From contig CAXKVF010000072.1 of NCBI GenBank assembly GCA_964057225.1, positions 62,001-126,000 of the forward strand: 64,000 nucleotides of DNA. Direction: 5' to 3'. The notes under the pieces were generated by a model that saw only the letters and a program-made list of their open reading frames with translations, did not search any database and was not told the DNA's origin. The translations under genes and the position numbers were made by a program. Below are positions 1-11,600 of this stretch, piece by piece (position 1 is the stretch's first letter; the number at the start of each line of letters is the position of its first letter). The stretch is from Auanema rhodensis. Its lineage: Eukaryota > Animalia > Nematoda.

Positions 1-673
1 CGTGAAGCGAGTTACATACCAAGTGCACATCACGTGTACATTTAATTAGCATAAATTAAAGTTCACGTAAATTTCAAAGTCATGGTTACCATGAACCAAT
101 ATCAATAAAAATTTGTTTTTAGACTAATATGGACATGGGGAATCTAATTTTGAAAACCGCATCTCTTTATCTTTCACGTGAAGCGAGTTACATACCAAGT
201 GCACATCACGTGTACATTTAATTAGCATAAATTAAAGTTCACGTAAATTTCAAAGTCATGGTTACCATGCACCAATATCAATAAAAATTTGTTTTTAGAC
301 TAATATGGACATGGGGAATCTAATTTTGAAAACCGCATCTCTTTATCTTCCACGTGAAGCGAGTTACATACCAAGTGCACATCACGTGTACATTTAATTA
401 GCATAAATTAAAGTTCACGTAAATTTCAAAGTCATGGTTACCATGAACCAATATCAATAAAAATTTGTTTTTAGACTAATATGGACATGGGGAATCTAAT
501 TTTGAAAACCGCATCTCTTTATCTTCCACGTGAAGCGAGTTACATACCAAGTGCACATCACGTGTACATTTAATTAGCATAAATTAAAGTTCACGTAAAT
601 TTCAAAGTCATGGTTACCATGAACCAATATCAATAAAAATTTGTTTTTAGACTAATATGGACATGGGGAATCA

Positions 674-3600
674 AATTTTGAAAACCGCATCTCTTTATCT
701 TTCAAGTGAAGCGAGTTACATACCAAGTGCACATCACGTGTACATTTAATTAGCATAAATTAAAGTTCACGTCAATTTCAAAGTCATGGTTACCATGCAC
801 CAATATCAATAAAAATTTGTTTTTAGACTAATATGGACATGGGGAATCTAATTTTGAAAACCGCATCTCTTTATCTTTCACGTGAAGCGAGTTACATACC
901 AAGTGCACATCACGTGTACATTTAATTAGCATAAATTAAAGTTCACGTAAATTTCAAAGTCTTGGTTACCATGCACCAATATCAATAAAAATTTGTTTTT
1001 AGACTAATATAGACATGGGGAATCTAATTTTGAAAACCGCATCTCTTTATCTTTCACGTGAAGCGAGTTACATATCAAGTGCACATCACGTGTACATTTA
1101 ATTAGCATAAATTAAAGTTCACGTCAATTTCAAAGTCATGGTTACCATGCACCAATATCAATAAAAATTTGTTTTTAGACTAATATGGACATGGGGAATC
1201 TAATTTTGAAAACCGCATCTCTTTATCTTTCACGTGAAGCGAGTTACATACCAAGTGCACATCACGTGTACATTTAATTAGCATAAATTAAAGTTCACGT
1301 AAATTTCAAAGTCATGGTTACCATGCACCAATATCAATAAAAATTTGTTTTTAGACTAATATGGACATGAGGAATCTAATTTTGAAAACCGCATCTCTTT
1401 ATCTTTCACGTGAAGCGAGTTACATACCAAGTGCACATCACGTGTACATTTAATTAGCATAAATTAAAGTTCACGTAAATTTCAAAGTCATGGTTACCAT
1501 GCACCAATATCAATAAAAATTTGTTTTTAGACTAATATGGACATGGGGAATCTAATTTTGAAAACCGCATCTCTTTATATTTCACGTGAAGCGAGTTACA
1601 TACCAAGTGCACATCACGTGTACATTTAATTAGCATAAATTAAAGTTCACGTAAATTTCAAAGTCATGGTTACCATGAACCAATATCAATAAAAATTTGT
1701 TTTTAGACTAATATGGACATGGGGAATCTAATTTTGAAAACCGCATCTCTTTATCTTTCACGTGAAGCGAGTTACATACCAAGTGCACATCACGTGTACA
1801 TTTAATTAGCATAAATTAAAGTTCACGTAAATTTCAAAGTCATGGTTACCATGCACCAATATCAATAAAAATTTGTTTTTAGACTAATATGGACATGGGA
1901 AATCTAATTTTGAAAACCGCATCTCTTTATCTTCCACGTGAAGCGAGTTACATACCAAGTGCACATCACGTGTACATTTAATTAGCATAAATTAAAGTTC
2001 ACGTAAATTTCAAAGTCATGGTTACCATGAACCAATATTAATAAAAATTTGTTTTTAGACTAATATGTACATGGGAAATCTATTTTTGAAAACCGCATCT
2101 CTTTATCTTTCACGTGAAGCGAGTTACATACCAAGTGCACATCACGTGTACATTTAATTAGCATAAATTAAAGTTCACGTAAATTTCAAAGTCATGGTTA
2201 CCATGCACCAATATCAATAAAAATCTGTTTTTAGACTAATATGGACATGGGGAATCTAATTTTGAAAACCGCATCTCTTTATCTTTCACGTGAAGCGAGT
2301 TACATACCAAGTGCACATCACGTGTACATTTAATTAGCATAAATTAAAGTTCACGTAAATTTCAAAGTCATGGTTACCATTAACCAATATCAATAAAAAT
2401 TTGTTTTTAGACTAATATGGACATGGGGAATCTAATTTTGAAAACCGCATCTCTTTATCTTTCAAGTGAAGCGAGTTACATACCAAGTGCACATCACGTG
2501 TACATTTAATTAGCATAAATTAAAGTTCACGTCAATTTCAAAGTCATGGTTACCATGCACCAATATCAATAAAAATTTGTTTTTAGACTAATATGGACAT
2601 GGGGAATCTAATTTTGAAAACCGCATCTCTTTATCTTTCACGTGAAGCGAGTTACATACCAAGTGCACATCACGTGTACATTTAATTAGCATAAATTAAA
2701 GTTCACGTAAATTTCAAAGTCTTGGTTACCATGCACCAATATCAATAAAAATTTGTTTTTAGACTAATATGGACATGGGGAATCTAATTTTGAAAACCGC
2801 ATCTCTTTATCTTTCACGTGAAGCGAGTTACATATCAAGTGCACATCACGTGTACATTTAATTAGCATAAATTAAAGTTCACGTCAATTTCAAAGTCATG
2901 GTTACCATGCACCAATATCAATAAAAATTTGTTTTTAGACTAATATGGACATGGGGAATCTAATTTTGAAAACCGCATCTCTTTATCTTTCACGTGAAGC
3001 GAGTTACATACCAAGTGCACATCACGTGTACATTTAATTAGCATAAATTAAAGTTCACGTAAATTTCAAAGTCATGGTTACCATGCACCAATATCAATAA
3101 AAATTTGTTTTTTGACTAATATGGACATGAGGAATCTAATTTTGAAAACCGCATCTCTTTATCTTTCACGTGAAGCGAGTTACATACCAAGTGCACATCA
3201 CGTGTACATTTAATTAGCATAAATTAAAGTTCACGTAAATTTCAAAGTCATGGTTACCATGCACCAATATCAATAAAAATTTGTTTTTAGACTAATATGG
3301 ACATGGGGAATCTAATTTTGAAAACCGCATCTCTTTATATTTCACGTGAAGCGAGTTACATACCAAGTGCACATCACGTGTACATTTAATTAGCATAAAT
3401 TAAAGTTCACGTAAATTTCAAAGTCATGGTTACCATGAACCAATATCAATAAAAATTTGTTTTTAGACTAATATGGACATGGGGAATCTAATTTTGAAAA
3501 CCGCATCTCTTTATCTTTCACGTGAAGCGAGTTACATACCAAGTGCACATCACGTGTACATTTAATTAGCATAAATTAAAGTTCACGTAAATTTCAAAGT

Positions 3601-4140
3601 CATGGTTACCATGCACCAATATCAATAAAAATTTGTTTTTAGACTAATATGGACATGGGAAATCTAATTTTGAAAACCGCATCTCTTTATCTTCCACGTG
3701 AAGCGAGTTACATACCAAGTGCACATCACGTGTACATTTAATTAGCATAAATTAAAGTTCACGTAAATTTCAAAGTCATGGTTACCATGAACCAATATTA
3801 ATAAAAATTTGTTTTTAGACTAATATGTACATGGGGAATCTAATTTTGAAAACCGCATCTCTTTATCTTTCACGTGAAGCGAGTTACATACCAAGTGCAC
3901 ATCACGTGTACATTTAATTAGCATAAATTAAAGTTCACGTAAATTTCAAAGTCATGGTTACCATGCACCAATATCAATAAAAATCTGTTTTTAGACTAAT
4001 ATGGACATGGGGAATCTAATTTTGAAAACCGCATCTCTTTATCTTTCACGTGAAGCGAGTTACATACCAAGTGCACATCACGTGTACATTTAATTAGCAT
4101 AAATTAAAGTTCACGTAAATTTCAAAGTCATGGTTACCAT
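674..4140. repeat. Tandem duplication of a 10-monomer block (period 1760 bp)
   Basis: Rare variants pair at +1760: TTCAAGTG 701/2461, GTCAATTT 771/2531, CTTGGTTACC 961/2721, ATGGACATGAGG 1361/3121, AAATCTGTTT 2221/3981. Confidence 0.92.
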
Positions 4141-5859
4141 GCACCAATATCAATAAAAATTTGTTTTTAGACTAATATGGACATGGGGAATCTAATTTTG
4201 AAACCCCATCTCTTTATCTTTCACGTGAAGCGAGTTACATATCAAGTGCACATCACGTGAACATTTAATTAGCATAAATTAAAGTTCACGTAAATTTCAA
4301 AGTCATGGTTAACATTAACCAATATCAATAAAAATTTGTTTTTAGACTAATATGGACATGGGGAATCTAATTTTGAAAACCGCATCTCTTTATCTTTCAC
4401 GTGAAGCGAGTTACATACCAAGTGCACATCACGTGTACATTTAATTAGCATAAATTAAAGTTCACGTAAATTTCAAAGTCATGGTTACCATGCACCAATA
4501 TCAATAAAAATTTGTTTTTAGACTAATATGGAAATGGGGAATCTAATTTTGAAAACGGCATCTCTTTATCTTTCACGTGAAGCGAGTTACATACCAAGTG
4601 CACATCACGTGTACATTTAATTAGCATAAATTAAAGTTCACGTAAATTTCAAAGTCATGGTTACCATGAACCAATATCAATAAAAATTTGTTTTTAGACT
4701 AATATGGACATGGGGAATCTAATTTTGAAAACCGCATCTCTTTATCTTTCACGTGAAGCGAGTTACATACCAAGTGCACATCACGTGTACATTTAATTAG
4801 CATAAATTAAAGTTCACGTAAATTTCAAAGTCATGGTTACCATGCACCAATATCAATAAAAATTTGTTTTTAGACTAATATGGACATGGGGAATCTAATT
4901 TTGAAAACCGCATCTCTTTATCTTCCACGTGAAGCGAGTTACATACCAAGTGCACATCACGTGTACATTTAATTAGCATAAATTAAAGTTCACGTAAATT
5001 TCAAAGTCATGGTTACCATGAACCAATATCAATAAAAATTTGTTTTTAGACTAATATGGACATGGGGAATCTAATTTTGAAAACCGCATCTCTTTATCTT
5101 CCACGTGAAGCGAGTTACATACCAAGTGCACATCACGTGTACATTTAATTAGCATAAATTAAAGTTCACGTAAATTTCAAAGTCATGGTTACCATGAACC
5201 AATATCAATAAAAATTTGTTTTTAGACTAATATGGACATGGGGAATCTAATTTTGAAAACCGCATCTCTTTATCTTTCACGTGAAGCGAGTTACATACCA
5301 AGTGCACATCACGTGTACATTTAATTAGCATAAATTAAAGTTCACGTAAATTTCAAAGTCATGGTTACCATGCACCAATATCAATAAAAATTTGTTTTTA
5401 GACTAATATGGACATGGGGAATCTAATTTTGAAAACCGCATCTCTTTATATTTCACGTGAAGCGAGTTACATACCAAGTGCACATCACGTGTACATTTAA
5501 TTAGCATAAATTAAAGTTCACGTAAATTTCAAAGTCATGGTTACCATGAACCAATATCAATAAAAATTTGTTTTTAGACTAATATGGACATGGGGAATCT
5601 AATTTTGAAAACCGCATCTCTTTATCTTTCACGTGAAGCGAGTTACATACCAAGTGCACATCACGTGTACATTTATTTAGCATAAATTAAAGTTCACGTA
5701 AATTTCAAAGTCATGGTTACCATGCACCAATATCAATAAAAATTTGTTTTTAGACTAATATGGACATGGGAAATCTAATTTTGAAAACCGCATCTCTTTA
5801 TCTTTCACGTGAAGCGAGTTACATACCAAGTGCACATCACGTGTACATTTAATTAGCAT

Positions 5860-5865
5860 AAATTA
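5860..5865 (+). repeat. Left copy of the target-site duplication AAATTA
   Basis: Identical to 6252-6257 and present once at this position in intact monomers. The true TSD could be 4-6 bp (AATT, AATTA or AAATTA) because the terminal A's could belong to the element. Confidence 0.9.
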
Positions 5866-6251
5866 GTCAAGGTTTATTGTTCTTTATCACAGGTTGTAAC
5901 ATTAGTGGTTTTTAAGAGAAGAAGTATGAAAAAAGATCCTTACAATACGAACATAATTATAAAAATTAAAAAATGAATAAGCAATAAATGTGCAAAGTTG
6001 AAAAGAGTTATTGAATCAATTTTGTCTTTTAAGATACATACTTTTAGCTAGTCTCTCTATGTATTATGAAATGTTAACCCATTCTCAAAAAAACAGGGGA
6101 GTTGTTCAAATCAGATAAGTGATCTGACCTCTTTTTTTACGTTTACCAGGTGCGGTGGAACTTATAATAAAGTCGAGCCCGTTCTGGTAAGAAGAGGTAA
6201 CTGTCACCTGGTTCGTATGGCTAATGCCTATAGAAACTATGGTGAAGTAAC
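5866..6251 (-). mobile_element. 386-bp insertion with target-site duplication; probable 5'-truncated non-LTR retrotransposon (LINE/SINE) 3' end or retrocopy
   Basis: The satellite is interrupted as GCAT-AAATTA[GTCAAGG...GAAGTAAC]AAATTA-AAGTTC with no satellite bases lost. The minus strand ends ...ACAATAAACCTTGAC at the junction, preceded by a T-rich UTR-like tract. There are no real terminal inverted repeats. The insertion itself is certain; the class is inferred. Confidence 0.8.
5873..5878 (-). promoter_or_regulatory. Polyadenylation-signal-like AATAAA at the 3' end of the insert
   Basis: Plus-strand TTTATT at 5873-5878 lies 7 nt from the insertion junction. The position fits a retroelement 3' terminus, but the hexamer is common in AT-rich DNA. 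Confidence 0.5.
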
Positions 6252-6252
6252 A
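6106..6252 (-). pseudogene. Start-less 48-codon open frame at the truncated end of the insert (possible C-terminal fragment of an unidentified protein)
   Basis: Manual translation gives CYFTIVSIGISHTNQVTVTSSYQNGLDFIISSTAPGKRKKRGQITYLI*. The frame is open from the junction to TGA at 6108-6106, has no Met and contains no domain I recognise. It may be chance. Confidence 0.25.
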
Positions 6253-6257
6253 AATTA
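6252..6257 (+). repeat. Right copy of the target-site duplication AAATTA
   Basis: Identical to 5860-5865; the satellite continues AAGTTCACG directly afterwards. Confidence 0.9.
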
Positions 6258-8650
6258 AAGTTCACGTAAATTTCAAAGTCATGGTTACCATGCACCAATA
6301 TCAATAAAAATTTGTTTTTAGACTAATATGGACATGGGGAATCTAATTTTGAAAACCGCATCTCTTTATCTTCCACGTGAAGCGAGTTACATACCAAGTG
6401 CACATCACGTGTACATTTAATTAGCATAAATTAAAGTTCACGTAAATTTCAAAGTCATGGTTACCATGCACCAATATCAATAAAAATTTGTTTTTAGACT
6501 AATATGGACATGGGAAATCTAATTTTGAAAACCGCATCTCTTTATCTTTCACGTGAAGCGAGTTACATACCAAGTGCACATCACGTGTACATTTAATTAG
6601 CATAAATTAAAGTTCACGTAAATTTCAAAGTCATGGTTACCATGCACCAATATCAATAAAAATTTGTTTTTAGACTAATATGGACATGGGGAATCTAATT
6701 TTGAAAACCGCATCTCTTTATCTTTCACGTGAAGCGAGTTACATACCAAGTGCACATCACGTGTACATTTAATTAGCATAAATTAAAGTTCACGTAAATT
6801 TCAAAGTCATGGTTACCATGCACCAATATCAATAAAAATTTGTTTTTAGACTAATATGGACATGGGAAATCTAATTTTGAAAACCGCATCTCTTTATCTT
6901 TCACGTGAAGCGAGTTACATACCAAGTGCACATCACGTGTACATTTAATTAGCATAAATTAAAGTTCACGTAAATTTCAAAGTCATGGTTACCATGCACC
7001 AATATCAATAAAAATTTGTTTTTAGACTAATATGGACATGGGGAATCTAATTTTGAAAACCGCATCTCTTTATCTTTCACGTGAAGCGAGTTACATACCA
7101 AGTGCACATCACGTGTACATTTAATTAGCATAAATTAAAGTTCACGTAAATTTCAAAGTCATGGTTACCATGCACCAATATCAATAAAAATTTGTTTTTA
7201 GACTAATATGGACATGGGGAATCTAATTTTGAAAACCGCATCTCTTTATCTTCCACGTGAAGCGAGTTACATACCAAGTGCACATCACGTGTACATTTAA
7301 TTAGCATAAATTAAAGTTCACGTAAATTTCAAAGTCATGGTTACCATGCACCAATATCAATAAAAATTTGTTTTTAGACTAATATGGACATGGGAAATCT
7401 AATTTTGAAAACCGCATCTCTTTATCTTTCACGTGAAGCGAGTTACATACCAAGTGCACATCACGTGTACATTTAATTAGCATAAATTAAAGTTCACGTA
7501 AATTTCAAAGTCATGGTTACCATGCACCAATATCAATAAAAATTTGTTTTTAGACTAATATGGACATGGGGAATCTAATTTTGAAAACCGCATCTCTTTA
7601 TCTTTCACGTGAAGCGAGTTACATACCAAGTGCACATCACGTGTACATTTAATTAGCATAAATTAAAGTTCACGTAAATTTCAAAGTCATGGTTACCATG
7701 CACCAATATCAATAAAAATTTGTTTTTAGACTAATATGGACATGGGAAATCTAATTTTGAAAACCGCATCTCTTTATCTTTCACGTGAAGCGAGTTACAT
7801 ACCAAGTGCACATCACGTGTACATTTAATTAGCATAAATTAAAGTTCACGTAAATTTCAAAGTCATGGTTACCATGCACCAATATCAATAAAAATTTGTT
7901 TTTAGACTAATATGGACATGGGGAATCTAATTTTGAAAACCGCATCTCTTTATCTTTCACGTGAAGCGAGTTACATACCAAGTGCACATCACGTGTACAT
8001 TTAATTAGCATAAATTAAAGTTCACGTAAATTTCAAAGTCATGATTACCATGCACCAATATCAATAAAAATTTGTTTTTAGACTAATATGGACATGGGGA
8101 ATCTAATTTTGAAAACCGCATCTCTTTATCTTTCACGTGAAGCGAGTTACATACCAAGTGCACATCACGTGTACATTTAATTAGCATAAATTAAAGTTCA
8201 CGTAAATTTCAAAGTCATGGTTACCATGCACCAATATCAATAAAAATTTGTTTTTAGACTAATATGGACATGGGAAATCTAATTTTGAAAACCGCATCTC
8301 TTTATCTTTCACGTGAAGCGAGTTACATACCAAGTGCACATCACGTGTATATTTAATTAGCATAAATTAAAGTTCACGTAAATTTCAAAGTCATGGTTAC
8401 CATGCACCAATATCAATAAAAATTTGTTTTTAGACTAATATGGACATGGGGAATCTAATTTTGAAAACCGCATCTCTTTATCTTTCACGTGAAGCGAGTT
8501 ACATACCAAGTGCACATCACGTGTACATTTAATTAGCATAAATTAAAGTTCACGTAAATTTCAAAGTCATGGTTACCATGCACCAATATCAATAAAAATT
8601 TGTTTTTAGACTAATATGGACATGGGGAATCTAATTTTGAAAACCGCATC
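6253..8650. repeat. Local 5-monomer higher-order repeat (880 bp), about 2.5 copies
   Basis: TTCCACG at 6371/7251; the GGGAAATC allele near 6511/7391/8271 and 6861/7741; all monomers carry the GCACC allele. Confidence 0.8.
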
Positions 8651-11600
8651 TCTTTATCTTCCACGTGAAGCGAGTTACATACCAAGTGCACATCACGTGT
8701 ACATTTAATTAGCATAAATTAAAGTTCACGTAAATTTCAAAGTCATGGTTACCATGAACCAATATCAATAAAAATTTGTTTTTAGACTAATATGGACATG
8801 GGGAATCAAATTTTGAAAACCGCATCTCTTTATCTTTCACGTGAAGCGAGTTACATACCAAGTGCACATAACGTGTACATTTAATTAGCATAAATTAAAG
8901 TTCACGTAAATTTCAAAGTCATGGTTACCATGAACCAATATCAATAAAAATTTGTTTTTAGACTAATATGGACATGGGGAATCTAATTTTGAAAACCGCA
9001 TCTCTTTATCTTTCACGTGAAGCGAGTTACATACCAAGTGCACATCACGTGTACATTTAATTAGCATAAATTAAAGTTCACGTAAATTTCAAAGTCATGG
9101 TTACCATGAACCAATATCAATAAAAATTTGTTTTTAGACTAATATGGACATGGGGAATCTAATTTTGAAAACCGCATCTCTTTATCTTTCACGTGAAGCG
9201 AGTTACATACCGAGTGCACATCACGTGTACATTTAATTAGCATAAATTAAAGTTCACGTAAATTTCAAAGTCATGGTTACCATGCACCAATATCAATAAA
9301 AATTTGTTTTTAGACTAATATGGACATGGGAAATCTAATTTTGAAAACCGCATCTCTTTATCTTCCACGTGAAGCGAGTTACATACCAAGTGCACATCAC
9401 GTGTACATTTAATTAGCATAAATTAAAGTTCACGTAAATTTCAAAGTCATGGTTACCATGAACCAATATTAATAAAAATTTGTTTTTAGACTAATATGTA
9501 CATGGGGAATCTAATTTTGAAAACCGCATCTCTTTATCTTTCACGTGAAGCGAGTTACATACCAAGTGCACATCACGTGTACATTTAATTAGCATAAATT
9601 AAAGTTCACGTAAATTTCAAAGTCATGGTTACCATGCACCAATATCAATAAAAATCTGTTTTTAGACTAATATGGACATGGGGAATCAAAATTTTGAAAA
9701 CCGCATCTCTTTATCTTTCACGTGAAGCGAGTTACATACCAAGTGCACATCACGTGTACATTTAATTAGCATAAATTAAAGTTCACGTAAATTTCAAAGT
9801 CATTGTTACCATGCACCAATATCAATAAAAATTTGTTTTTAGACTAATATGGACATGGGGAATCTAATTTTGAAAACCGCATCTCTTTATCTTTCACGTG
9901 AAGCGAGTTACATACCAAGTGCACATCACGTGTACATTTAATTAGCATAAATTAAAGTTCACGTAAATTTCAAAGTCATGGTTACCATGCACCAATATCA
10001 ATAAAAATTTGTTTTTAGACTAATATGGACATGGGGAATCTAATTTTGAAAACCGCATCTCTTTATCTTTCACGTGAAGCGAGTTACATACCAAGTGCAC
10101 ATCACGTGTACATTTAATTAGCATAAATTAAAGTTCACGTAAATTTCAAAGTCATGGTTACCATGCACCAATATCAATAAAAATTTGTTTTTAGACTAAT
10201 ATGGACATGGGGAATCTAATTTTGAAAACCGCATCTCTTTATCTTTCACGTGAAGCGAGTTACATATCAAGTGCACATCACGTGTACATTTAATTAGCAT
10301 AAATTAAAGTTCACGTAAATTTCAAAGTCATGGTTACCATGAACCAATATCAATAAAAATTTGTTTTTAGACTAATATGGACATGGGGAATCTAATTTTG
10401 AAAACCGCATCTCTTTATCTTCCACGTGAAGCGAGTTACATACCAAGTGCACATCACGTGTACATTTAATTAGCATAAATTAAAGTTCACGTAAATTTCA
10501 AAGTCATGGTTACCATGAACCAATATCAATAAAAATTTGTTTTTAGACTAATATGGACATGGGGAATCAAATTTTGAAAACCGCATCTCTTTATCTTTCA
10601 CGTGAAGCGAGTTACATACCAAGTGCACATCACGTGTACATTTAATTAGCATAAATTAAAGTTCACGTAAATTTCAAAGTCATGGTTACCATGAACCAAT
10701 ATCAATAAAAATTTGTTTTTAGACTAATATGGACATGGGGAATCTAATTTTGAAAACCGCATCTCTTTATCTTTCACGTGAAGCGAGTTACATACCAAGT
10801 GCACATCACGTGTACATTTAATTAGCATAAATTAAAGTTCACGTAAATTTCAAAGTCATGGTTACCATGAACCAATATCAATAAAAATTTGTTTTTAGAC
10901 TAATATGGACATGGGGAATCTAATTTTGAAAACCGCATCTCTTTATCTTTCACGTGAAGCGAGTTACATACCAAGTGCACATCACGTGTACATTTAATTA
11001 GCATAAATTAAAGTTCACGTAAATTTCAAAGTCATGGTTACCATGCACCAATATCAATAAAAATTTGTTTTTAGACTAATATGGACATGGGGAATCTAAT
11101 TTTGAAAACCGCATCTCTTTATCTTCCACGTGAAGCGAGTTACATACCAAGTGCACATCACGTGTACATTTAATTAGCATAAATTAAAGTTCACGTAAAT
11201 TTCAAAGTCATGGTTACCATGAACCAATATCAATAAAAATTTGTTTTTAAACTAATATGGACATGGGGAATCTAATTTTGAAAACCGCATCTCTTTATCT
11301 TCCACGTGAAGCGAGTTACATACCAAGTGCACATCACGTGTACATTTAATTAGCATAAATTAAAGTTCACGTAAATTTCAAAGTCATGGTTACCATGAAC
11401 CAATATCAATAAAAATTTGTTTTTAGACTAATATGGACATGGGGAATCAAATTTTGAAAACCGCATCTCTTTATCTTTCACGTGAAGCGAGTTACATACC
11501 AAGTGCACATCACGTGTACATTTAATTAGCATAAATTAAAGTTCACGTAAATTTCAAAGTCATGGTTACCATGAACCAATATCAATAAAAATTTGTTTTT

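Larger units (their letters stand above)
1..5865. repeat. 176-bp tandem satellite array, left of the insertion (about 33 monomers; continues beyond the window start)
   Basis: CGTGAAGCGAGTTACATACC recurs at 1, 177, 353, 529, 881, 1761 and 2641, giving a period of 176. Monomer 1-176 has 56 G+C (about 32%). All monomers are in the same orientation. Confidence 0.99.

Noticed and set aside
1-176. Monomer as a 5S rRNA, tRNA, snRNA or telomeric repeat unit, or as carrying a CENP-B box
   Set aside because: There are no recognisable conserved motifs of these RNAs, no telomeric short repeat, and no TTCG-N4-A-N2-CGGG match.
6111-6235. Hammerhead ribozyme or tRNA-derived SINE head in the insert
   Set aside because: I found no CUGANGA core on either strand and no convincing Pol III A and B boxes or cloverleaf.
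5865-6252. Insert as a solo LTR or MITE (minus strand begins TGTTAC; a 4-5 bp TSD reading is possible)
   Set aside because: The opposite end reads ...TTGAC(T), not ...CA, and the terminal inverted match is only 2-4 imperfect bases. The terminal AATAAA favours a non-LTR 3' end. This is not fully excluded without other copies.
5896-6252. GTAACA direct repeat near both ends of the insert (5896-5901, 6247-6252)
   Set aside because: It is only 6 bp with no extension, which is expected by chance.
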